Notes under the pieces: model-generated
Told to the model about the DNA's origin: nothing
Databases searched by the model: none
What the model saw: the letters and a program-made list of their open reading frames with translations, nothing else
Source: an uncultured delta proteobacterium
GTDB lineage: Bacteria > Desulfobacterota > Binatia > UBA9968
Reading direction: 5' to 3'
Assembly (NCBI GenBank): GCA_963745035.1
Contig: CAVUVW010000010.1
Span: 140,632-204,631 of the forward strand
Length of the DNA: 64,000 nucleotides
In this document: positions 51,844 to 62,422 of the stretch, piece after piece
How positions within the stretch are numbered: position 1 is the stretch's first letter
How the letters are laid out: each line of letters opens with the position of its first letter
Translations under genes and position numbers: made by a program

Positions 51844-52684
51844 TCAATCTTTGTGCAGGATTTCCCACCAATTGCCGTTCAAGTCGGCCAATTGAAAGGA
51901 GACGCTTTCGTTCGATTCGGTGACGTCTTCGAGTGCGCGAAGTCGCCAGTTTTCTCGGTGGGATGCGAATTGTCGATGCGCCGCATGAACTTCCGACGTG
52001 CGACGCGAGCGCGATCGTGAAGCGCTGGTAGCGCGAGAGCATCCGGCGGTTGGGGTTCTGCGCTTTGATGCAGACCACATACCAAGGCGTGTCGGTATGC
52101 TTGACGTAACATGAGCTTGGCCAGAGCTTCACAACTTCGAGTCCCAGCGCTTCACGGTAAAAACGCTCGGATGCTTCGAGGTCGTCGTTCTCCAGGGTGC
52201 CGTGGGTGAGCGCCTGGGGTACGTAACCACGGCCGCTGAAGGCTTCCACGGAGAGAGGCTTCGACCAGTGCGGGTTGGTCGTTTTGCCCATGCCGTGCTC
52301 GACCGCGTGCTCGTATGATTCGATCTCCCAATAGTTGCCGCCCGGTTCGTAGAAATGGACGGAATAAGCGTTATGATTTTCGCGCGGCTTGATGGTCTTG
52401 ATGCCGTACTGATCTTTCTTGCTTTCCAGATATTCCGTCGCGCGATCGACTTCGGCGTTTGTCGCCACGCGCACGCCGTAATGGTTGCGCATGGATTTGA
52501 TTGGGGCGTCGGCGCCATGAGCATGCACGACCAACTCCCAGCCGGTGTTCGGGTGCCGGACGATTTTTTGCCCGTCGCGCTCGGCGACGACTTTGAAAGC
52601 GAGAAACTCCTCGAGGATCGGCAACGATTCATCGAACGAGCGGCATTCGTAGTGGCCGTTTACCAAGCCGATTGGGTTGAGCAT
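51844..52684 (-). CDS. VOC/glyoxalase-family protein, two domains (indel near 51997)
   Basis: 'NGHYEC', 'NHYGVRV', 'EPGGNYWEI', 'THGTLE', 'DLNGNWWEI'. Confidence 0.8.
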
Positions 52685-52716
52685 ATTCCCTCCGAAGGCG
52701 AACAAGTTCTCTCTGA

Positions 52717-52814
52717 GTCATCCTGAGCGGACCGCGAAGGATCTGCTTTTGCTCAGCGTGATTTGCCGTCGCAACCAAAAGCAGATTCTTTGTCGCTGCG
52801 CCCCTCAGAATGAC
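52717..52814. repeat. REP/MITE-like nested inverted repeat
   Basis: GTCATCCTGAG...CTCAGAATGAC enclosing GAAGGATCTGCTTTTG...CAAAAGCAGATTCTTT. Confidence 0.8.
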
Positions 52815-52848
52815 ACTCGTCAACGGAAATGTCGAAAGACTGCAGCGG

Positions 52849-53889
52849 TTACGGAATCTTGTTCCCCCAAAGCTCTTTCAAAAATCCGCTTTTCTCCAAG
52901 TTCTCGGCGAAGCTGTTGTCGACGATCTCATTGGCCTTCTTCGTGACCTTGATGCCGGATTCGCGCGCCACGTCGATGGAATCGGCGACGGCGTCGAGCG
53001 GCACGATCACGCGCCGGTTGACGTGTTTTTTCGCGTAGGCCTCGAAAGAAGCCTGGAGGGCGTCTTCGTCCTTGACGCGCAGGATTCTTGCCACCGACGC
53101 TTTGGCCTTTTCCGGGTTGTCTTCGACGAACTTGACCGCCTCGGCCAAAGCGGCGACAAAGCGCTGCACGATCGGGCGGCGCTCGCGCAGGGACTTGGCG
53201 TTGGTGTGAAGCGAGCTGTAGATCGCCGGCAAGCCCAGATCATTCATATGATAGATCAGGTTGAAGCCGTCCTTTTTTCCTCGCGCATCCATCGGCGGCG
53301 TAAACGGCCCGGCATCGATAACGCCCTGCATCATCGCGTTATAGCGTTCCGGCTGGCTGCCGCCCACGGGCCGAATCTGTGTATCGCTCAGGCCGAATTT
53401 CTTGACGAAAATGCGCAGCAAGCGATAGGGGAGACCTGCGACGCTGCCGACACCGATCGATTTCCCCTTGAGATCTTGGACCGTGCGAATTTCCTTGCGC
53501 GCGATGATCACATAGGGAAGCCCGACGAGCGGCGACGCGATCAGTGTCGCGTCCCGGCCCGCCGCCATGCCGGGTAAAGTCGAATCGGCAGCGCAATAAA
53601 GAAACTGGACCTCATCCGTCCCCAATGCCGCCAAGTTGATGTTCGTGCCGCCGCGAATGACCACGTGTTTGATGGCGATGCCGTACTTGTCGAAAATGTT
53701 GTTGTCGATGGCCGTGTACAGTTGAACGAACCCGCCGGAAACGGCGCAGGTGGCGACATAGATAGTGGTGATGGGTTCCCCCGGCTTGGCGACGTAGGGA
53801 TTGGCGCTGCTTGATGACGGCGAAGCGAGAGCGGCCATCCCGATCAAAACAGCGCGTATGAATCGCGTAGCGCGGTTGTCCAATCGCAT
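52849..53889 (-). CDS. ABC substrate-binding protein, NMT1/SsuA-like
   Basis: Signal peptide, 'FDKYGI', 'DLKGKSIGV', 'VDNSF...LEKSGF'. Confidence 0.85.
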   Translation of the reverse strand: MRLDNRATRFIRAVLIGMAALASPSSSSANPYVAKPGEPITTIYVATCAVSGGFVQLYTAIDNNIFDKYGIAIKHVVIRGGTNINLAALGTDEVQFLYCAADSTLPGMAAGRDATLIASPLVGLPYVIIARKEIRTVQDLKGKSIGVGSVAGLPYRLLRIFVKKFGLSDTQIRPVGGSQPERYNAMMQGVIDAGPFTPPMDARGKKDGFNLIYHMNDLGLPAIYSSLHTNAKSLRERRPIVQRFVAALAEAVKFVEDNPEKAKASVARILRVKDEDALQASFEAYAKKHVNRRVIVPLDAVADSIDVARESGIKVTKKANEIVDNSFAENLEKSGFLKELWGNKIP

Positions 53890-54014
53890 GATCAAATTCC
53901 TGCGCACGATAAAACACCATAGTTCGCGTTGCTGTCAACCAACCTGTGCTTGAAAAAGCAGAGTGGTGGCCGTATGACTGGCTCGAATCATCGGGCAGAA
54001 GTTGGGAGATTTGC

Positions 54015-55090
54015 ATGCTGATACTTTCGAACGAGGACATCGAGAAAATCTTACCCGTGGGCACTTGCATCGAGGTGCTCGAAGAAGCTTATCGCGATCT
54101 CGGCAACGGCATGGCCGCGACCGTGCCGCGTTACGATGTTTTCAGTCCCACCAAGCCCGGCGAATTCTATGAGTACAAGACCATGAGCGGCGTTTTGCCG
54201 GGCCGCAACATCGCCGCGCTCAGACTCAATTCCAGCGTCGTCAAATGGTACGAGAAAGCCGGCGGCATTCGCAAAGACAAACTACCGGTGGCCGGAGGAG
54301 ATAAGTACGTTGGCCTCGTGATGCTGTTCAGCACCGAGACCGGTGAGCCGCTGGCGATTTTTCCCGACGGTTATGTGCAGAAGCTGCGCGTCGCGGGCGC
54401 CAGCGCCATCGCGGCGCGCCATCTGGCCCGAAAGGATTCGAAAGTAATGGCGCTGCTCGGCGCGGGCTGGCAGGCGAGCGCGCATCTGGTGACGATGTCC
54501 ATGATACGCGATTTGCAAGAGGTCAGAGTTTTTAGTCCCACGCCCGCATCGCGCCGGCGCTTCGTCGAAGAATGGTCGGGAAAAGTATCGGCGCGGTTGA
54601 TCGACAGCGCCAGCGCCGGAGACGCGATCGCCGGAGCCGATATGGTGATCTGCACGACCAATTCGCTCTCCGCTCTGTTCGACGGCAAGATTCTCGAGCC
54701 GGGAATGCACGTCTCCTGCGTCAAGCCGTGCGAGCTCGATGCGACGACCTACCGGCGCGCCGAGCCCTTGATCATTCACTGGCGCGAAGCCAAGCCTTTT
54801 CAAATCGCCATCGGCGTTGACCGCCAAGCGATTCCCGACGTATCAGACGGTTGGCAGCACCCGCTCACTCGGGAAGACGCGGCGATCTGGGACTTTCCGA
54901 CTCTTTCAGAGCTGGTCAACGACAAGCATCCCGGACGGACGAAGCAAGATTCGATTAGCTGCTTCTGCAACAACGTCGGACTGGGTTGCAGTTCGCGGCC
55001 GTCGGCAGCGAAGTACTGGCGCGCGCGCGGGAGGCGCGAGTCGGGCGGGAGATTCCTACTGATTGGTTTCTCGAGGATGTGCATCCTTAG
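54015..55090 (+). CDS. Ornithine cyclodeaminase/mu-crystallin family protein 2 (indel near 54987)
   Basis: 'GEPLAIF', 'LRVAG', 'GAGWQA', 'ADMVICTTNS'; 'QFAAVG...IPTDWF' in a shifted frame. Confidence 0.88.
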
Positions 55091-55096
55091 ATTGCT

Positions 55097-55159
55097 GGTT
55101 CAAGGTTCAAACGTTCAAAGTTTCAACGTTGGAAGATGACTTGAATCTTAAAGTTCAAT
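55097..55159. repeat. GTTCAA repeat tract
   Basis: GGTTCAAGGTTCAAACGTTCAAAGTTTCAACG...TTGAA; lies between convergent genes. Confidence 0.6.
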
Positions 55160-56201
55160 TTCCCAGAAGCTTCTTTGCCTGATCGACGACCTCGGGCGGT
55201 TGATCGAGAACGTCTTTGATCAATGCTTCGAGCTCTTCGCCGGGAGTATGATCGACTTCCATTCTCGCTTTCTTCGCTTCGGCCAGCAGCTCGGGATCTT
55301 TCAAGACTCTTACGAATGATTCACGCAAGGCTTTGATGCGATCGGGCGGCGTTCCCGGAGTGGCGAGAAACGGCCGGCCGAATTCGCCGCCGGAAAGCAT
55401 TGCCTGGACGACTTTGCGATTATTAGCCGAGACTTTGAACTCGTCGAGAATCTCGTAGATCGTCGGTGCTTCTGCGGCGCGGGAATCCCGTTTGCGACCG
55501 CTCTGCAGCAGGTGGCGGTCGAAGCCTTGCTTGTGCCAGGAGTTGAATGGCTCGCGGCCGAAGTGGGAGGCGAGCGTGTGCGCGCGGCAAACGATCTCGC
55601 CTTTTTCCACCGCCAAGTCGGCTTCGGCGCCGCCGGGATAGCCCAGGACCGGATTGATCTTGGCGCCGAGCGCGAGGTCGAGAATTTTCGCGACGAGGTA
55701 GTCGGAGCTTGTCGTTCCGGAGCCACCGCAGCTTGGCGGTTGTTTAGCCTTGATGATATCGCCGACGGTTTTGAACGGCGTGTCGGCGCGCATGTAAAAG
55801 ATGATCGAATCCTGCGACGCCGAACCGATCCAATGAAATTTTCGCAAATCGAATTGCGCTTCTTTGCGGCCAACCAGTTGCTCGATATAGATGCTGTTGT
55901 TCGGCAGCACCACGGTCAAGCCGTCCGGCTTCGCCACGCCGTAAACGTAGTTGGCTGCCGTCACGGATCCCGCGCCGGGCATATTCTGCACGATGATCTC
56001 AGGATTGCCAGGGATGTACCTGCCCCAGTGGCGCGCGATGAGCCGGCCCCAGGAGTCGTAGAAGTTGCCGGTTGTCGAGCCGACCACGAGCCGGATGGTT
56101 TTTCCCTTGTAAAACGCCTCCACCTGAGCTCGGACGGTTTTCGGCAGCATGGTAAGGGCGAGTAACACGCAGACAAGAGAGAAGATCAATGAGCGTTTCA
56201 C
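55155..56201 (-). CDS. Tripartite tricarboxylate transporter-type (Bug/TctC-like) substrate-binding protein
   Basis: 'FYKGKTIRLVVG', 'IPGNP.IIVQNMPGAGS', 'AKPDGLT', 'PGTPPDR'. Confidence 0.88.
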   Translation of the reverse strand: MKRSLIFSLVCVLLALTMLPKTVRAQVEAFYKGKTIRLVVGSTTGNFYDSWGRLIARHWGRYIPGNPEIIVQNMPGAGSVTAANYVYGVAKPDGLTVVLPNNSIYIEQLVGRKEAQFDLRKFHWIGSASQDSIIFYMRADTPFKTVGDIIKAKQPPSCGGSGTTSSDYLVAKILDLALGAKINPVLGYPGGAEADLAVEKGEIVCRAHTLASHFGREPFNSWHKQGFDRHLLQSGRKRDSRAAEAPTIYEILDEFKVSANNRKVVQAMLSGGEFGRPFLATPGTPPDRIKALRESFVRVLKDPELLAEAKKARMEVDHTPGEELEALIKDVLDQPPEVVDQAKKLLGN

Positions 56202-56379
56202 TGGAGCCTCCTGTTCGTGGATTGCCGCGTGAGACTAGTCGAAGCCACCGCGCGCTGTCAAATTCGCATGGCGGCGCTTGGCTTACCTCGTTTGCTTGGC
56301 GCTGTAATCGGCGAGCCGTAATCGGAAGACAGATCAAAAAGTTTTTTCGCGACACTCCATCAAAATGAGAGCTATTCAA

Positions 56380-56408
56380 TTGACACGCGAATTTCACTTT
56401 CGTAAACT
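56380..56408 (+). promoter_or_regulatory. sigma70-type promoter
   Basis: TTGACA (56380-85), 17-bp spacer, TAAACT (56403-08). Confidence 0.75.
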
Positions 56409-56414
56409 GGAGTC

Positions 56415-56547
56415 AGCAGAGAAAGGAGGTGGTCCAGACATGATTGATAAATGTACTGTCTGCGAGGTGGCTGAGACTTAGGCTCTAGGCGGAATCTTTG
56501 ACGGGGATTCAGGCCTGGAGCCTGGGAATCCCCCTCAGTCCACCTAG
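56415..56547 (+). ncRNA. Candidate small RNA / mini-mRNA with an 18-nt anti-16S 3'-end sequence
   Basis: AGAAAGGAGGTGGTCCAG (56420-37), then a short ORF and the hairpin GGGGATTC-AGGC...GCCT-GG-GAATCCCC (56503-34). Confidence 0.5.
56440..56481 (+). CDS. 13-aa small ORF MIDKCTVCEVAET
   Basis: ATG...TAG directly after an exceptionally long Shine-Dalgarno; contains CxxC. Confidence 0.5.
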   Translation: MIDKCTVCEVAET

Positions 56548-56557
56548 TGGGCCCGCT

Positions 56558-57298
56558 TCAACGGTCGCTTTGGCCGCCGCTTGAAGCGGGCCTTCTTTTT
56601 TTTAGGAGTTCCAAGGCGGCAGCCGCCGCCTTTTTGACCTGCTCGTCTTCGATCCGAGAGTTTTTCTCTAAAGCCGCCACGAACTCCGCGGCAGGATCGC
56701 CGAGGGTCGCGAGAGCGATCGCCGCGGCGTGCCGCACCTTCAATTCCGGATCGTTCAGATAAATATCCAGCAAAATTTTCTTGCCCTCCACGGCCAGTTC
56801 GGATCTTGACTTGAGACAGATCGCTGCGGCGACACGGACGCTGGGCTCGGGGTCGGCCAGCGCGTCGAGCATGGCGGCGGCGCTCGCCGGATCGGACAGC
56901 GCCAGATCGCGCAGGCAATACAGCGCCATGCGCTTCTGATTGTCCGAGCCGGACGCGCAAAGGCGAACCAGCGAGGAGACGAGATCGGCGTTATTCTTGG
57001 CGACGCGGGCGAGCAGCAAGGAAACCGCCCAGCGGATATCCGGCTCGCGATGATCGAGCGCTTCGAGAAGGCCGAGCGCGGCGGCGCGGGAGAGATTTGG
57101 GAGACTTCCCAGAATGTAGGCGACCGGCCAGTAGTTTCTATGACCGGCTTCGGTGAGGCGCCGTTGCAAGCGCTCGCGCAGTCCCGGGGAATCGGCGGCC
57201 AGCGCGATCAGCGCGTCGACGGCGGCGCGTATCGCCGGCTTGTCGGACTGATCGAGCTCGGCGATCAGCGCGGTGGTGCGATCGTCCTCGAACTCCAT
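56558..57298 (-). CDS. HEAT-repeat protein
   Basis: Repeated 'L.D....VR.AAA..L' units. Confidence 0.85.
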   Translation of the reverse strand: MEFEDDRTTALIAELDQSDKPAIRAAVDALIALAADSPGLRERLQRRLTEAGHRNYWPVAYILGSLPNLSRAAALGLLEALDHREPDIRWAVSLLLARVAKNNADLVSSLVRLCASGSDNQKRMALYCLRDLALSDPASAAAMLDALADPEPSVRVAAAICLKSRSELAVEGKKILLDIYLNDPELKVRHAAAIALATLGDPAAEFVAALEKNSRIEDEQVKKAAAAALELLKKRRPASSGGQSDR

Positions 57299-57322
57299 GC
57301 TTCGCTTGTCTCGATGGGCCGA

Positions 57323-58516
57323 TCAAATTTCCAGGAACTGGGGACACTCTGTCAGGTTGCGATTTCCCTTCGCCGTCACCACCACAACGTCTTCCAGGCG
57401 CACGCCGCCGACGCCGAGATAATACAATCCGGGCTCGACGGTGACGACATGGCCGGTTCGCAGGGTAGCGTCGACCGGCGCAATGCGCGGCGCCTCGTGA
57501 ATGTCGAGTCCCAGGCCGTGCCCCGTGCCGTGAAAAAATCCCTGCATGCGGCCGTTGATTCTGCCGGTGCGAAAGCCGCGGGCTGCGAACAGATCGAGAA
57601 TGTTCTGGTGCACTTCTTTGCCGTTAACGCCGTCGCGGATCTGGTCGAAGCCGACTTTCTGCCCGGCCTGCACGGTCGCATAGATCTCCTTGAGCTTTTC
57701 CGAAGCGCGGCCGCGCACCACGGTGCGGCTCAAGTCGCCGAAGTAGCCGTTCTCCTGGGAACGCGGGAAGATATCGAAGATGATCGACGTGTTGGCCTTG
57801 ACCGGACCGCTGCCCTCGTGGTGCGGATCGACGCATTGATTGCCGGAAGAAATGATCGTGTGGCTCGGCAGCCAGCCCTGCGCCATGATCGTAGTGTTCA
57901 CCGCGGTCTTGAGCATCTCGGAGGTGAGTCGCGCGCCGTTCAAATAAAGATAGCCGTCGCGCTTGGTCCGGGTGCGCTTGAGCATGCGGATGCCCGCCTC
58001 CAGCCCGCGCCGCGCCACGCGCAACGATTCGGTGATTTGTTTCACCTCGCGGTTGCTCTTGGTCTCGCGCTCCGGCCAGAAGGGATCGCGCTGGATGTGG
58101 AGCTTGTACCCTTTGGCGCGCAATTGATCGGCGAGCAGCGCGGAAAAATTCGCCGGCACGACCAGCGCACGTATGCCGCGCTCGCGAAACAGCATATCGA
58201 GAATATCGATCATCGTCGGCTGTTTGCCGAGCTTGCGCAGTTTTTTCTGATACAGCGACAGCGAAAGCACCCGATCCACCCGCGCCTGCTTCTTGGCGCG
58301 ATCGACCTCCAGATCGCTCAAGACCGCGTACTTGACGTTTTTGTGCTGAAAAAAAATAAATGGATCGGGCACAAAGAAGGCAACGGCGTAGAGCATGTTG
58401 GCGTCGCCCTCGCTTGGCGCGACCATCAAGATCGCTTCGTGGTCTTTTGAGACGCGCGAGATCGAGCGCGCGCGGGGCTGTATCTGCGGCAGCGGGACGA
58501 TTGCGCTTTGCTTCAA
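57323..58516 (-). CDS. Xaa-Pro aminopeptidase family (M24); start uncertain
   Basis: 'DIFP', 'GYFGDLSRT', 'HGTGHGLGLDIHE', 'TVEPGLY', 'GVRLED'. Confidence 0.92.
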   Translation of the reverse strand: MKQSAIVPLPQIQPRARSISRVSKDHEAILMVAPSEGDANMLYAVAFFVPDPFIFFQHKNVKYAVLSDLEVDRAKKQARVDRVLSLSLYQKKLRKLGKQPTMIDILDMLFRERGIRALVVPANFSALLADQLRAKGYKLHIQRDPFWPERETKSNREVKQITESLRVARRGLEAGIRMLKRTRTKRDGYLYLNGARLTSEMLKTAVNTTIMAQGWLPSHTIISSGNQCVDPHHEGSGPVKANTSIIFDIFPRSQENGYFGDLSRTVVRGRASEKLKEIYATVQAGQKVGFDQIRDGVNGKEVHQNILDLFAARGFRTGRINGRMQGFFHGTGHGLGLDIHEAPRIAPVDATLRTGHVVTVEPGLYYLGVGGVRLEDVVVVTAKGNRNLTECPQFLEI

Positions 58517-58632
58517 ACATGCATGTTTTCCGCTCGTGGAAGTGAAATTGAAATCGCTTGGAGAATAGTAACGCGCGCGCGCGCCGGGCGCAACTTTGCC
58601 GCGCTCGTGCCCGCGCGCCGGGGCAAATTTGG

Positions 58633-58660
58633 TTGACAGGTAGACGGCGTTTGTTATGAT
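58633..58660 (+). promoter_or_regulatory. Putative sigma70 promoter for the carboxylase genes
   Basis: TTGACA-N16-TATGAT with an extended -10 TG. Confidence 0.55.
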
Positions 58661-58713
58661 TCACCGAATTTTCGCTGAAGCGCATCGATAACGCACCCAA
58701 GGACCTCTTTCCC

Positions 58714-60266
58714 ATGGCCACGATCGACAACTTCAACAAGCTGCGCGAGCTCAATCAAAGGGCGGAAGCGGGCGGCGGCGAAGAGCGCGCTCGGCGCCAG
58801 CACGAACAAGGAAAGCTTTTGGCGCGCGAGCGCCTCGATATCCTGCTCGACAGCGGCAGCTTCGTCGAGCTCGATCGCCTGCGCACGCACGATTGCGTCG
58901 ATTTCGGCTTGGACAAGCAAAAATTTTTCGGCGACGCGGTGGTCACCGGCTACGGCGCCATCGACGGCCGCCTGGCGTACGTCTACTCGCAGGACTTCAC
59001 CGTGTTCGGCGGCAGCTTGAGCCGGGTGGTCGCGGACAAGATCTGCAAAGTGATGGATATGGCGATCAAGAACGGCGCGCCGCTGATCGGCATCAACGAT
59101 TCCGGCGGCGCGCGCATTCAAGAGGGCGTCGACAGCCTGGCCGGCTACGGCGATATTTTTCAGAAGAATGTGATGGCGTCGGGCGTCGTGCCGCAGATCA
59201 CCGCGATCATGGGGCCGTGCGCCGGCGGCGCGGTGTATTCGCCGGCGATCACCGATTTCATCTTCATGGTGAAGACCAACAGCTACATGTTCATCACCGG
59301 GCCGGACGTGATCAAGACCGTCACCCACGAGGAAGTGACCAAGGAGGCGTTGGGCGGCGCCGAAACCCACGGCGCCAAGAGCGGGGTGGCGCATTTTACC
59401 GCCAACACGCGAGAAAGATTGCCTGCTGATGATCCGCGAGCTGATCGGATTTCTGCCTCGCCAACAATCAAGAAGACCCGCCGTTTCGCACCACCACCGA
59501 CGATCCGCTGCGGCGCGACAAACGGCTCAAGGATCTCGTGCCGGACAACCCCAACCGCCCCTACGACATGAAGGATCTGATCGCGCTGGTGGTCGACGAG
59601 GGTTATTTTTTCGAGGTGCAGCGCGAGTTCGCGCGCAATATTCTCATCGGCTTCGCGCATCTCGGCGGCCGCTCGGTCGGCATCGTCGCCAACCAGCCGG
59701 CACACCTGGCCGGCTGCCTTGACATCAACGCGTCCGTGAAAGCGGCGCGCTTCATCCGCTTTTGCGATTGCTTCAATATTCCCGTGGTGACGTTCGTCGA
59801 CGTGCCGGGATTTTTGCCCGGCACCGAGCAGGAGTACCACGGCATCATCCGCCACGGCGCCAAGCTGCTCTACGCCTACGCCGAGGCGACGGTGCCGAAG
59901 GTGACGGTCGTGACGCGCAAGGCTTACGGCGGCGGTTACATCGTGATGGCGAGCAAGCATCTGCGCGGCGACATCAATCTCGCTTATCCCACCGGGGAAA
60001 TCGCCGTCATGGGTCCGGAAGGGGCGATCAACATCGTTTTCCGCGAAGCTTTGCAGAAGGCCTCCGATCCGACCAAGGCGCGCGACGAAATGGTCGATCA
60101 TTACCGGCAGACTTTTGCCAATCCATTCAAAGCCGCCGAATCGGGATACGTCGATGCGGTGATCTATCCCGAGGACACCCGTCCGACTTTGATCCGCGCG
60201 CTCGAAATGCTGAAAAACAAACAGGACCACAATCCGCCGAAGAAGCATGGAAATATTCCGCTCTAA
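58714..60266 (+). CDS. pccB: Acyl-CoA (propionyl/methylmalonyl-type) carboxylase carboxyltransferase subunit (indels at about 59410-59460)
   Basis: 'QDFTVFGGS', '[10 protein letters not shown]', '[12 protein letters not shown]', 'VDVPGFLPG', 'KKHGNIPL'. Confidence 0.9.
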
Positions 60267-60269
60267 TTT

Positions 60270-60361
60270 AGGCAGCAGGCAACGAGGCAACAGGCAAAAG
60301 TAGGAGCCCGTCGGACTCTCCACTTCACCCTCATGCCTCATGCCTCCCGCCTGCCCTCGCC
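60270..60361. repeat. Palindromic heptamer-repeat element (AGGCAAC/TGCCTCA units)
   Basis: AGGCAGCAGGCAACGAGGCAACAGGCAA ... CCTCATGCCTCATGCCTCCCGCCTGCC. Confidence 0.6.
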
Positions 60362-60362
60362 A

Positions 60363-61906
60363 ATGTTTAAACGCATTCTCATCGCCAACCGGGGCGAGAT
60401 CGCCATCCGCATCGCGCGCGCCTGCCGCGAGCTCGATATCGAGACCGTCGCGGTGTACTCCGATGCCGATCGGGAGTCGCTGCACGTAAAGTACGCGGAC
60501 CACGCCTATCGGATCGGCCCGCCGCCGTCGGCGCAGAGTTATCTGGCGATCGATCGCATTATCGAAGTGTGCAAGCAGAGCCGGGCGGAAGCGGTGCATC
60601 CGGGCTATGGATTTCTGGCGGAGAACGCGGCGTTTGCCGCAGCGCTGCAAGCAGGAAGGCATCGTTTTCATCGGGCCGTCGCCGCAAGTGATCGATCAGA
60701 TGGGCGACAAGGTAAAGGCGCGCCAGATCATGAAGGCGGCGGGCGTGCCCGTGGTGCCGGGCTCGGACGGCATTTTGACCTCCGAAGAAGAGGTTTTGAA
60801 GACCATCGAGTCGATCGGTTATCCCTGCATGCTCAAGGCCGTGGCGGGCGGCGGCGGCAAGGGGTTGCGGCTGGTGCGCTCGCGACGCGAGGTGTCGTCG
60901 GCTTTTCGTGCCGTCGGCTCCGAAGCGTCGTCGTCCTTCGGCGATGCGCGACTCTACGTCGAGAAGTTTATCGAGAAGCCGCGCCATGTAGAAATTCAGA
61001 TGCTCGCCGACAGTTACGGTCATGTCATTCATCTTTACGACCGCGAATGCTCGATCCAGCGACGCCATCAAAAAGTCATCGAAGAATCGCCGGCGCCGGG
61101 AATGGATGACCGCACTCGGCGGCGCATCGGCCGGATCGCCATTCAGGGCGCGCGCGCGGTCGGCTACGTCGGCGCCGGAACGCTCGAGTTTCTTCTCGAC
61201 CAGGAGCAGAATTTCTATTTTCTCGAAATGAACACGCGGCTGCAGGTCGAGCATGCGGTGACCGAGCGGGTGGTCGGCATCGATCTGGTCAAAGCGCAGA
61301 TCGAAGTGGCCGCCGGCGGCTATCTGCCGTGGCGCCAGCGCCATATCACCCAGACCGGCCATGCCATCGAGTGCCGCATCTACGCCGAGGATCCGGAGCG
61401 GGATTTCATGCCTTGTCCGGGCAAGATCGAAGGCTTGCGCCTGCCCGAAGGGCTCGGCTTGCGAAACGACTGCGGCGTTTACGAAGGCGCCGAGGTGCCG
61501 ATTTATTACGATCCGATGATCGCCAAGCTGATTACTTGGGGCGAAAATCGCGTCGAAGCGATCCTGCGCATGCGCCGCGCCTTGCGCGAATATCAGGTGC
61601 GCGGCATCAAAACCAATATTTCATTCAATCAGTGGATTTTGCGCCATCCGCGCTTTATGTCGGGCGACGTCAATACCGGTTTCATCGACGAGGAGTACCG
61701 CGCGATCGAACAGCGAGGAAGTGCTGCCGCACAAGGAAATTGCGCTGGCGTCGGCGGCGATCGCCGCGCTGCACCGCGAGCAGGAACAGACCTTGGGTTT
61801 GCTCGCCAAAGGCGCCGCCGAACAGTCGCGATGGCGCGAGCAAGGCAAGCGCAATGCGCTGCGGCGCGAAACGCCGACGCTCCGCCGCGGCTGGCGCCGT
61901 TCCTAG
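60363..61906 (+). CDS. accC: Biotin carboxylase subunit (indels near 60648 and 61712)
   Basis: '[10 protein letters not shown]', '[10 protein letters not shown]', 'GGGGKG', '[10 protein letters not shown]', '[12 protein letters not shown]', 'YYDPMIAKL'. Confidence 0.9.
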
Positions 61907-61917
61907 AAATTTGTCCC

Positions 61918-62422
61918 ATGGCATTCATCGCCAAGCTCGGAGAGCAGAGTTACACCGTCGAGATCGAAGAAACCGGCAAGTCGGTTTATCGGGTCTCGGT
62001 GGACGGCAACGAATTTCTCGTCGACGGCAAGAAGACCGGGCGAACCAATTTTTCCCTGATCGTCGATAACCGCTCCTTCGAGATCGAGGTCGACAACACC
62101 GACGACGAGTATCGGGTGCTCGTCGATGGACGCAATTACCGCATTCATCTAGTCGACGAGCGGCGCGTGCGCATCGGGGGCGCCCAAGCGGGGCTGGAGC
62201 TTCAGGGGCGGCAAAATGTTTCGGTGCCCATGCCCGGCAAGATTATCGCGGTGCTGGTCGGCGAAGGCGACGCCGTCGAGAAGGGCCAGGGGCTGGTGAT
62301 CGTCGAGGCGATGAAAATGGAAAACGAAGTGCGCAGCCCGATTGCCGGCGAAGTAAAGGAGATCAAGGTCAAGCCTGGCGACACTGTCGAAGGCGGCGCG
62401 GTGCTGCTCGATCGTCGAATGA
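61918..62422 (+). CDS. Biotin carboxyl carrier protein (indel near the 3' end)
   Basis: 'PMPGKI', 'EAMKMENE' biotinylation motif. Confidence 0.9.

Noticed and set aside
56420-56437. Possible 16S rRNA gene fragment on the minus strand
   Set aside because: Similarity is limited to 18 nt with no flanking rRNA sequence. It is better read as an anti-16S/SD element on the plus strand.
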